Shown here: positions 46,339 to 54,131 of the stretch, piece after piece | Position numbering within the stretch: position 1 is the stretch's first letter | Layout: the number at the start of each line of letters is the position of its first letter | Translations under genes and position numbers: made by a program | Assembly (NCBI GenBank): GCA_015064485.1 | Contig: SVSD01000003.1 | Coordinates: forward strand, 83,927 to 147,926 | Length of the DNA: 64,000 bases | Direction: 5' to 3' | From: Oscillospiraceae bacterium | Lineage (GTDB): Bacteria; Bacillota; Clostridia; Oscillospirales; CAG-382 | Notes under the pieces: model-generated | What the model was told of the DNA's origin: nothing | Database searches by the model: none | The model's input: the letters and a program-made list of their open reading frames with translations, nothing else

Positions 46339-46869
46339 ATGAAGACTGTTATTACCAACCGCAAATTCGAAACATCCGAAAAACTCAAGGGTATTATCGA
46401 ACGCAAGATATCCAGACTTGACAGATTTTTCCCCGAGGATGAAACAGCGAACATTACACTTTCCACAAGGGGAAAATACGCAAGAGTTGAAATAACCATC
46501 TTCTATAAAGGAACAATCTTCCGCGCTGAAGAAGAAAATACTGATGTAGTCATCGCACTTTATGATGCGGTTGATACACTTGAACGCCAGATAAGAAAGA
46601 ATAAAACAAAGCTCTCGAAGCGTCTGCGTGAAAACGCGTTTGAATCTGTTCCCGGCGATGAAATACTTGATGATTTTGAAGAAGATGTAATCGGAATTAC
46701 AAAAACAAAGAGCTTTGTTCTTACCGATATGACACCGGAAGAGGCAGTATTGCAAATGAATCTTCTTGCTCATAATTTCTATATGTTCAGAGATGCATCG
46801 ACAGGAAAAATAAGCGTGGTATACGCAAGAGGAAACGATGAATACGGTCTTATTATTCCGGAAGATTAA
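46339..46869 (+). CDS. hpf: Ribosome hibernation promoting factor (long HPF)
   Basis: MKTVITNRKFETSEKLK... sigma-54-modulation/S30EA fold plus a C-terminal dimerisation domain (MTPEEAVLQMNLLAHNFYMFRD). GGAGG lies 7 nt upstream of the ATG at 46339. Confidence 0.92.
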   Translation: MKTVITNRKFETSEKLKGIIERKISRLDRFFPEDETANITLSTRGKYARVEITIFYKGTIFRAEEENTDVVIALYDAVDTLERQIRKNKTKLSKRLRENAFESVPGDEILDDFEEDVIGITKTKSFVLTDMTPEEAVLQMNLLAHNFYMFRDASTGKISVVYARGNDEYGLIIPED

Positions 46870-46884
46870 TAATTGAATATTTAT

Positions 46885-46918
46885 AAAAAAAGAGGAACTT
46901 CGGTTCCTCTTTATTTTG
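46885..46918 (+). terminator. Rho-independent terminator of hpf (copy 1 of a duplicated hairpin)
   Basis: A-run, then AGAGGAAC-TTCG-GTTCCTCT (46891-46910), then TTATTTT. Confidence 0.85.
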
Positions 46919-47094
46919 TTGCAAAGCAGTAATGCTCATAAAATATAATTTTAATTTGTGTTTTTTGGTGACTTTGTTGCCGAAAAACACACCTTTATAT
47001 GGCGTTTGCGGTGAGAAAACGCCATATGAGGGGGAGTACATGAGGGGGAACTTGTTCCCCTTCGTGAAGAGTGGCGTTTCAGCGACACTCTGAA

Positions 47095-47114
47095 AGAGGA
47101 ACTTCGGTTCCTCT
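47095..47114. terminator. Copy 2 of the same hairpin, abutting the dapA stop codon
   Basis: Identical AGAGGAACTTCGGTTCCTCT, followed by TTTTATTTTT on the plus strand. Only TTTC follows on the minus (dapA) side. Confidence 0.6.
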
Positions 47115-47115
47115 T

Positions 47116-48009
47116 TTATTTTTGAATTTTAAGTCTTTCGTATTCCGACTCAAGCTTTTCTTTGAGATTTGCATCCGCTTTTATAAGAGGAAGTCTTATA
47201 TCTTCTTTACAAAAATTCGCATACGACATAATATGCTTTATAGGGATGGGATTTACATCGGCAAAAAGAAGTCTTGAAAAATTAAGATATTTTCTGTATA
47301 GAGATACTGCGGTTTCTCGGTCACCGTCCAAAAAGTGACGGCATATCGCGCTCGTTACTGCGGGAAATATATTTGCCATAACGGAAATTATACCCGAAGC
47401 GCCTACAGCAAGACACGGCAAAAGAAGATCGTCGTTTCCGCAGTACAAAGGAAGTTCAGGACATTTTTGCACAGTAAGTGCGATGTCCGAAAGATTAGTA
47501 CCCGCTTCTTTTATGCCTTCGATGTTTTTTATCTTCTTTAGTTTTTCATATGTTTCCGGTGTTATGTTTACATTCGTACGGCCCGGCACATTATATGCAA
47601 TGACAGGCTTTGTGCTTGCGCTTGAAACTCTTTCGTAATGGGCAAGTAAGCCTTCCTTATTTGTTTTGTTGTAGTAGGGAGTTACGACAAGAAGCGCATC
47701 CGCTCCGTATTCGCAAGCATATAGCGACATTTTGACAGCTTTTTCAGTATCGTTTGAACCGGTTCCTGCAATAACGGGAATTCTGCCGTCTATACGCTTG
47801 ACTGTGTGTTTTATAAGTTGTTTATGCTCCTGATAGGAGAGAGAAGCATTTTCGCCTGTGGTGCCGGCCACAGTAATTGCACTTATTCCTTCAGATATTT
47901 GGAATTCTATAAGCTTGTCGAGGGCATAATAATCTATTCTGCCGTCTTTCATTGGTGTTATTATAGCGGTACAAGCACCGCTGAAAATTGGTTTTTTCAA
48001 AAATATCAT
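47116..48009 (-). CDS. dapA: 4-hydroxy-tetrahydrodipicolinate synthase
   Basis: 297 aa with TAIITPM, VAGTTGE, YNVPGRT and IKEA (Schiff-base Lys region). The start may instead be TTG at 48000, which has better spacing to the AAGGA. Confidence 0.92.
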   Translation of the reverse strand: MIFLKKPIFSGACTAIITPMKDGRIDYYALDKLIEFQISEGISAITVAGTTGENASLSYQEHKQLIKHTVKRIDGRIPVIAGTGSNDTEKAVKMSLYACEYGADALLVVTPYYNKTNKEGLLAHYERVSSASTKPVIAYNVPGRTNVNITPETYEKLKKIKNIEGIKEAGTNLSDIALTVQKCPELPLYCGNDDLLLPCLAVGASGIISVMANIFPAVTSAICRHFLDGDRETAVSLYRKYLNFSRLLFADVNPIPIKHIMSYANFCKEDIRLPLIKADANLKEKLESEYERLKIQK

Positions 48010-48152
48010 CCTTAAATTGTTATTCGTCCTGATATATAGTATTCAAAAGGCAGATTTTGTGCTATTTGGTTTGTGAATTTTAACATTGTACTTTTTGCAT
48101 AAAAAAGCGGAAAAAAAGTATTACTTTTCAACAAAATGGGTGCAAAAAGTAC

Positions 48153-48181
48153 TTGACATTTCATACAAAAAAGTATAAAAT
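48153..48181 (+). promoter_or_regulatory. Sigma-A-type promoter of prmA-rsmE
   Basis: TTGACA (48153-48158), 17 nt, then TAAAAT (48176-48181). Confidence 0.6.
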
Positions 48182-48291
48182 ATTGTAAGAATATGAAAAT
48201 TGCTGTAAAAAGTGCACATATAAAATATTAGCATTAAAATGGTTTTTCAAAAAAACTTTGTGCAATTTGTTGACTTTCGAAAGGATTTTTT

Positions 48292-49281
48292 ATGGATTGG
48301 ATAGAAATCGCCGTAAAAACCACAACCGAAGGAATAGACCCCGTTTCGGGAATTCTTATAATGAACGGTATTACGGGTTATGCGGTTGAAGATAAATGCG
48401 ATTTTGAGGAATTTCTCCGAGATAAGGAAGTTTACTGGGATTATATCGAAGATTCTTTGATGAAGCTTCGCGAATGTGATACAACAGTGACTTTTTATGT
48501 TACAAACGATGCGGAAGGTATCGAACAGCTTTCCCTTATCAAGTCCGAACTTTCAAGACTTCTAAAAGAAGATACAGATAAAAAGTTCGGAGAGCTTTCG
48601 GCAGAAGTTAAAAATATTGCCGAAGAGGATTGGGCAAATAACTGGAAAAAGTTTTTCAAGCCGCTGAATATAGGCGAGCGCCTTGTGGTAAAGCCTACAT
48701 GGGAAAATCTCGACGATGCAAACGGCAGAACGATAGTAGAGATAGATCCTTCGTCTTCGTTCGGTACGGGTTCTCATACAACAACAAAGCTTTGCCTTGA
48801 ATATATTGAAAAAATAGACAGTTTGCTTGGTGAAAAGAACTACGAAATGATAGATGTGGGATGCGGTTCCGGAATACTTGGAATTGCGGCACATAAACTG
48901 TCCGGCGCTCATGTTACGGCAATTGATATCGAAGAAAATTCAATAAGAGTTGCTAAAGAAAATTTTGAAACAAACGCGGTAGACGAAAATGCTTACGATC
49001 TTTTTATCGGAAGTATTACAGATGATGAGGAACTTTGGAAAAAAGTTTCTTCGGTAAAATATAAAATGCTTGCGGCAAATATTGTTGCAGATGTTTTAAA
49101 AGCGATGGCGCCGTATTTTAATGAAATACTTGCTGATGACGGATATGCAGTGATTTCGGGAATAATTGCCGAAAGAGCTGATGAGGTCGAGCAAGCGTTT
49201 CTGAATACCGGTTTTGGCGTAAAGGAAAAGAATACCAAAGACGGCTGGACAGCAATTCTTCTTGTCCGTGAAAAACGATAA
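48292..49281 (+). CDS. prmA: Ribosomal protein L11 methyltransferase
   Basis: 329 aa with MDWIEIAVKTT..., GTGSHTTT and the SAM motif DVGCGSGILGIAA. Confidence 0.93.
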   Translation: MDWIEIAVKTTTEGIDPVSGILIMNGITGYAVEDKCDFEEFLRDKEVYWDYIEDSLMKLRECDTTVTFYVTNDAEGIEQLSLIKSELSRLLKEDTDKKFGELSAEVKNIAEEDWANNWKKFFKPLNIGERLVVKPTWENLDDANGRTIVEIDPSSSFGTGSHTTTKLCLEYIEKIDSLLGEKNYEMIDVGCGSGILGIAAHKLSGAHVTAIDIEENSIRVAKENFETNAVDENAYDLFIGSITDDEELWKKVSSVKYKMLAANIVADVLKAMAPYFNEILADDGYAVISGIIAERADEVEQAFLNTGFGVKEKNTKDGWTAILLVREKR

Positions 49282-49292
49282 GAGGTATAAAT

Positions 49293-50051
49293 ATGCCGAG
49301 ATTTTTTATAAAAGATGCTGACATAGGGAATACTGATACGGTAACGATAACAGGCGAGGACGCAAGACATATATCCTTTTCTTTGAGAATGAGAGTCGGC
49401 GACAGCATAACTTTATGCGATTTTTATAATTATGAATATGACTGTACTATTAAATCAATAGACGGAGAGAGGGTAGTGCTTTCTGTTGATGACAAGCACC
49501 CTTCACAAAATGAGCCTGATGTAAAGGTAAGCATTTATCAGGCCCTTCCGAAGTCGTCAAAGCTTGAGCTTATTATACAGAAGTGCGTCGAACTCGGTGT
49601 TTTTGAGATAATCCCTGTTTTGTCTTCGAGATGTATTTCACGACCTGACGAGAAATCTTCCGAAAAGAAAACGAAACGGTATAATGCTATATCCGAAGAA
49701 GCGGCAAAGCAGTCGGGAAGAGGAATAATTCCGAAAGTCTGCGAAACCGTATCCTTCAGAAATGCAATAGACAGAATGAAGCAGTCGGATATCGCGTTTA
49801 TGTGTTACGAACAGGAAGATACAGACGGCGGAAATGATCTTAAATCATTTTTGAACAAAAAAATTGATGATAATATAAAGTCAATATCCTTTTTTGTCGG
49901 GCCGGAGGGCGGTATATCGGAGGAAGAGGTAAAATATGCCAAAGACTGCGGTGTGTCTTGTGTAAGCCTCGGAAAAAGAATATTGCGTACAGAAACCGCT
50001 CCTCTTTGCGTGCTTTCTTGTATTATGTATGAAACGGAAAATATGAAATAA
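49293..50051 (+). CDS. rsmE: 16S rRNA (uracil1498-N3)-methyltransferase
   Basis: 252 aa with MPRFFI..., VGPEGGISEEE and RILRTETA. Confidence 0.92.
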   Translation: MPRFFIKDADIGNTDTVTITGEDARHISFSLRMRVGDSITLCDFYNYEYDCTIKSIDGERVVLSVDDKHPSQNEPDVKVSIYQALPKSSKLELIIQKCVELGVFEIIPVLSSRCISRPDEKSSEKKTKRYNAISEEAAKQSGRGIIPKVCETVSFRNAIDRMKQSDIAFMCYEQEDTDGGNDLKSFLNKKIDDNIKSISFFVGPEGGISEEEVKYAKDCGVSCVSLGKRILRTETAPLCVLSCIMYETENMK

Positions 50052-50068
50052 AGTAAAGGAGTAAAACT

Positions 50069-50818
50069 ATGGCAAAGAAATCAAAGAAATCAACCCAGCA
50101 GTACAAAGAAGATGTAATTTTCTTCCGAATCAGTTCTCTTTTCATTCTTGCGTGTGCCGCAATATTTGGCATATTCAGTTTGAAAAACACAACATCCGGT
50201 GCATTCTACAGGCTTGCACACACACCTGCGTTTACAATCGCTATGGGAATATTCCTTTTGATAGCACTCGGATATTTTGTATATTGCAGAATAAACAAGA
50301 TCGATGAATCCGAGAAGACATATGCAAGTATTAACATTCTTTCTGTTGCTGCATATGCTTTTGGCTTTACTTTCTATTGGGGAAGATGGGGACTTCATGC
50401 AGACTTTGAAATGCTTATAACTCTCACAATCGCCCTTCCGCTTCTTTATATAATCTATCATATTTACAAAAGAGACTTTTTCATTTTCTCTGTTGCAAAT
50501 CTTCTCTTCATTTCCGGAATATGGTTTTTCATAAGAGGCGGTCTTTTGAATACTGTAATTGCAGCTGTGATTCTTGCTGTTTCCGCATCAACATGCTATA
50601 TTGCATATAAGTCCGCAAAGAAGCTTTCGGCTTCCGATAACTATAAACACAGTTTTGTTCCTGTGTGTGTATCTTTCTTGATTGCAGTTGTTCTTGTAGT
50701 GCTTCTTAATATCATAAAGATTCCTTTCTTTACACATTCCATATCCTGGACAATAATGTTTTTCCAGTATCTTGCAGGCGGCATCTATTATACAATAAAG
50801 CTTATCAGGGAGGCGTAA
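50069..50818 (+). CDS. Hypothetical polytopic membrane protein
   Basis: 249 aa with about 7 predicted TM segments and no recognisable motif. Confidence 0.5.
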   Translation: MAKKSKKSTQQYKEDVIFFRISSLFILACAAIFGIFSLKNTTSGAFYRLAHTPAFTIAMGIFLLIALGYFVYCRINKIDESEKTYASINILSVAAYAFGFTFYWGRWGLHADFEMLITLTIALPLLYIIYHIYKRDFFIFSVANLLFISGIWFFIRGGLLNTVIAAVILAVSASTCYIAYKSAKKLSASDNYKHSFVPVCVSFLIAVVLVVLLNIIKIPFFTHSISWTIMFFQYLAGGIYYTIKLIREA

Positions 50819-50821
50819 ATT

Positions 50822-51907
50822 ATGTCTAACAGATTGTTTCAAAGTGTAATTCACCAAATGAAGGAAGCCATCGACAGAGTCCTTGGCATCATAGATGAAA
50901 ACGGTACAGTCATCGCCTGCAGCGAGCTTGTTCGCATCGGCGAAGATAAAAAAGATATCATCGAAGGTATTGCGTATTCTATGGAAACATATACCCATGA
51001 CGGTTACACATACCGTCCCATCGGAACCCACGCAAAGCTTGATTATGTTATTATGGTTGAAGGTGACGACAAGACAGCATACGAAATCGCATCTGTTCTT
51101 GCTGTTTCTCTCAATAATATCAAGATCCTTTATGACGAAAAGTATGATAAATCCAGCTTTATCAAGAACATAATACTTGACAACATTCTTCCCAGCGACA
51201 TATATATTAAGGCAAAAGAGCTCAGATTTAACAGCGAGATCCCCAGAGTTGTACTTTTTGTACGCTTCCAGGATTCGGGAGATGTTATGCCTTATGACAT
51301 TATGCAGAATATGTTCCCCGACAAAAATAAGGATTATGTAATAAGTGTCGGCGAAAACGATATAGTTCTTGTCAAGGAAGTTAAGGCGACCTGTGACAGC
51401 CGCGAACTTGAAAAGGTCGCAAATACAATCGTTGATACAACAAGTACCGAATTTTTCCAGAAGGTAACGGTTGGTATCGGAACTGTTGCCGAAAACATAA
51501 AAGACCTTGCCCGCTCATTTAAGGAAGCGCAGGTCGCAATTGAAGTAGGTAAGGTTTTTGATACCGAAAAGAATATTATAAACTATGAAAATCTCGGTAT
51601 AGGAAGACTTGTATATCAGCTTCCCACAACACTTTGCGAAATGTTCCTTCAGGAAGTTTTCAAAAAGGGTTCGCTCGAAAGCCTTGACCAGGAAACTCTT
51701 ATGACAATACAGGCTTTCTTTGAAAACAACCTTAATGTTTCCGAAACATCAAGAAAGCTTTTCGTACACAGAAATACTCTAGTATACAGACTTGAAAAAA
51801 TCAGAAAGCTCACGGGTCTCGACCTTCGTGAATTTGAACACGCAATCACCTTTAAAGTTGCGTTGATGGTTAAAAAGTATCTTACATCAAAACCTGTTAA
51901 ATATTAA
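50822..51907 (+). CDS. CdaR/PucR-family transcriptional regulator (sugar-diacid-recognition N-domain, C-terminal HTH)
   Basis: 361 aa. The C-terminal NLNVSETSRKLFVHRNTLVYRLEKIRKLTGLDL is a PucR-type HTH. The N-terminus resembles the Diacid_rec domain. Confidence 0.75.
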   Translation: MSNRLFQSVIHQMKEAIDRVLGIIDENGTVIACSELVRIGEDKKDIIEGIAYSMETYTHDGYTYRPIGTHAKLDYVIMVEGDDKTAYEIASVLAVSLNNIKILYDEKYDKSSFIKNIILDNILPSDIYIKAKELRFNSEIPRVVLFVRFQDSGDVMPYDIMQNMFPDKNKDYVISVGENDIVLVKEVKATCDSRELEKVANTIVDTTSTEFFQKVTVGIGTVAENIKDLARSFKEAQVAIEVGKVFDTEKNIINYENLGIGRLVYQLPTTLCEMFLQEVFKKGSLESLDQETLMTIQAFFENNLNVSETSRKLFVHRNTLVYRLEKIRKLTGLDLREFEHAITFKVALMVKKYLTSKPVKY

Positions 51908-51912
51908 AAAAT

Positions 51913-51944
51913 ACAGCCACGGTAAAGCCGTGGCTGTTATTTTA
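51913..51944. terminator. Bidirectional rho-independent terminator
   Basis: CAGCCACGG-TAAAG-CCGTGGCTG flanked by an A-run and a T-run, between convergent genes. Confidence 0.85.
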
Positions 51945-53036
51945 TTATGATTTCATTTTTTTAATTGCTGATTGTATTAGCTTATATACTGCGTCTATTA
52001 AAAGCGAAAGTGCCAGCGAACATACCGCAACCGCAAAAACAACCGGTATAAAATATTTGATTCTGTCGGTTATCTGCGGTATTTTTTCGTTTAATAAAGG
52101 GTAAAAATGCTGATCAAAAATATATGAAAGAAGGTATCCTCCAAGACAGGCATCAGAAACGATATTAAGTCCTTTCTTTACAAAAGAAGGAGCATTTTCA
52201 AGTTTAAAATTCAGAAGAAATACAAACACAAGAAATGTCATAATGACATTAGGCAGCGCGCCCCAGTCCTGCCAGGGACCTGAAATGAATGTGCTGTTAT
52301 AGCTTCTGTAAAAATTAAATGAGCCGAAGGCTAAAACGGAGATGAGAATTAATACAAGGTTCTGCCATTTCTTTATTTTTACCCCGAATTCCTTTATATA
52401 GCATCCGAGAAAATAGTAAGTTATAGGATAGATGTTTTGCCACCAGGAAGGAACGATTTTTGTGTACTGCCAATCTGATGAGGGGATTTTCCACCACAAA
52501 AGGGAGTTGAATTTATAAATGTTTACAACAGACGGAAGCGAAGTAAGAAAAATGAGGGTAAAAACCAAAATCAGCTTTTTCTTTTTGCTTTCAAGACTTC
52601 CGTATGCTCCGTTTAAAAAAGGGATAAGCAAGAAAAGACCGATATACATTTCGATATACCAGGCGTAACTTGCGTTTGTATAATTAAATATTCCTGCAAT
52701 TCCGTTTGCAAGTCCTATGTCCTGCCCGAGATAGAATTTTTTATACAGAGCACATAAAATGCTTGCCGCAAGATAAACGAACAGCGTTTTTGTAATCTTT
52801 TGATAGTAGCCTTTTTCAAGCTTCTTTTTACCCATCAGAAAGCCTGTGAGTATAAGGAAAAGCGGTACGCATATCATAAAGAATGTACGAATCGTTGTCA
52901 TTACAAACATTTCCCATCCCGCGACTGTTGTATAATAAAAGCCGCAGTTTAAAAAGAAATGCACAGAAACCACAGAAAAAAAAGCGCAAATTCTGATAAT
53001 ATCAAGGGCGCAGGAACGATTTTTTAAAGCGTTCAT
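51945..53036 (-). CDS. Acyltransferase family 3 membrane protein (OatA-like O-acyltransferase)
   Basis: 363 aa. The N-terminus ALDIIRICAFFSVVSVHFF and ~10 TM helices are typical of Acyl_transf_3. Confidence 0.75.
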   Translation of the reverse strand: MNALKNRSCALDIIRICAFFSVVSVHFFLNCGFYYTTVAGWEMFVMTTIRTFFMICVPLFLILTGFLMGKKKLEKGYYQKITKTLFVYLAASILCALYKKFYLGQDIGLANGIAGIFNYTNASYAWYIEMYIGLFLLIPFLNGAYGSLESKKKKLILVFTLIFLTSLPSVVNIYKFNSLLWWKIPSSDWQYTKIVPSWWQNIYPITYYFLGCYIKEFGVKIKKWQNLVLILISVLAFGSFNFYRSYNSTFISGPWQDWGALPNVIMTFLVFVFLLNFKLENAPSFVKKGLNIVSDACLGGYLLSYIFDQHFYPLLNEKIPQITDRIKYFIPVVFAVAVCSLALSLLIDAVYKLIQSAIKKMKS

Positions 53037-53165
53037 TTAAAATACCTCGTAAGCAGAATATATAATAATGTTTTTTACAGTTATTCTATATTACCATAAT
53101 TTTTGTGCTTATTCAAGAATATAATTGAAAATACGCAAAAAAACTGTATAAATATGCGTTTTCTC

Positions 53166-53194
53166 TTGATTTATATTAAAAAGTGTGGTATAAT
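53166..53194 (+). promoter_or_regulatory. Sigma-A-type promoter (extended -10) of the Nudix gene
   Basis: TTGATT (53166-53171), 17 nt, then TGG-TATAAT (53186-53194). Confidence 0.6.
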
Positions 53195-53268
53195 AAATCA
53201 TTAAAATTCTGCATTACCTTAGAAGTTATAAACAGGTTGCAGAAAATCTTTGAATTGGGGTTGAAGAA

Positions 53269-54081
53269 ATGGCAGGATGGAATGTTGCCGCTTCAAACCG
53301 CAGTGCGCGTTTTATTCTCGGAAAGACAGTTACGGCAGATATTTCAAGCACTTTCCGCAAGCAGCTCCCCGGTAAGGGTGTATGCTTCGTAAACTACGGC
53401 AAAGTAAGAGCGGACGAAAATGACAGCGCGATTACAGAAAAACAGGCTTTTGTTATAGGTACTCACGGTCCTGTTTCTGTATTTACAGGCGAAGTTGTAG
53501 CTGTTGTTAAGACTCCCGATAAAAGGGAGTATTGGGTTGTCGGACCTAAAAATTCCGTATATTATGAACCTGATCTGCGTTTTCTTGTATCGGGTTATAT
53601 CGACGGAGTAGAGGATAAAGACGAAATCGTTTTTGTTTCCTTTAACGAAAAAAGCTGCGGAGCGGTGCTTTTTACACTTATTGATGGAAAAAGATACTAT
53701 ATCCTCATCAGAAATATGTCGGGGCATGTCGGATTTCCCAAAGGTCATGTAGAGCTTGGGGAAGACGAAAATATGACAGCACTGCGTGAGATATATGAAG
53801 AAACAGGCGTAAACGCAAAACTCATAAAAGGCTTCAGAGAATCTTACAACTATCTCATAAACGGATATGTCCGGAAAGAGGCGGTTTATTATACGGCACC
53901 TTTTAATCCGGATGATGTCAAGATGGATATAATGGAGATCTCCGAATATAAACTTGCGACATACGAAGAAGCAATGAAGCTTTTAAACTACCCTCATGAC
54001 AGAAGTATTCTCAGAAGGGCAAACGATTTTATTTCGGGCTATCTTGCCGCAAAGGCTGAGGATGGCGTCGATCTTATGTAA
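53269..54081 (+). CDS. NUDIX hydrolase with a ~125-aa uncharacterised N-terminal extension
   Basis: The Nudix box GHVELGEDENMTALREIYEETGV lies in the C-terminal half. The N-terminal 125 aa carry no motif I recognise. Confidence 0.75.
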   Translation: MAGWNVAASNRSARFILGKTVTADISSTFRKQLPGKGVCFVNYGKVRADENDSAITEKQAFVIGTHGPVSVFTGEVVAVVKTPDKREYWVVGPKNSVYYEPDLRFLVSGYIDGVEDKDEIVFVSFNEKSCGAVLFTLIDGKRYYILIRNMSGHVGFPKGHVELGEDENMTALREIYEETGVNAKLIKGFRESYNYLINGYVRKEAVYYTAPFNPDDVKMDIMEISEYKLATYEEAMKLLNYPHDRSILRRANDFISGYLAAKAEDGVDLM

Positions 54082-54087
54082 AAAACA

Positions 54088-54118
54088 AGAGAGAACATCA
54101 AACTGTTCTCTCTTTTTT
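54088..54118. terminator. Bidirectional rho-independent terminator
   Basis: AGAGAGAAC-ATCAAACT-GTTCTCTCT plus TTTTT, between the convergent Nudix and topB genes. Confidence 0.85.
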
Positions 54119-54131
54119 GCTTTATATGAGT

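Noticed and set aside
46891-47114. The GAAC-N4-GTTC core in the duplicated hairpin (GGAACTTCGGTTCC) resembles a Firmicute LexA/Cheo box
   Set aside because: The flanking bases are G...C rather than the consensus C...G. The sites lie at gene 3' ends with T-tracts, and no SOS gene promoter is nearby. The simplest reading is terminator stems.
48010-48291. Looked for a lysine (L-box) riboswitch upstream of dapA
   Set aside because: The region is AT-rich and lacks the conserved L-box helices and core sequences as far as I can judge by eye. Only a simple 12-bp inverted repeat is present, and it is reported separately.
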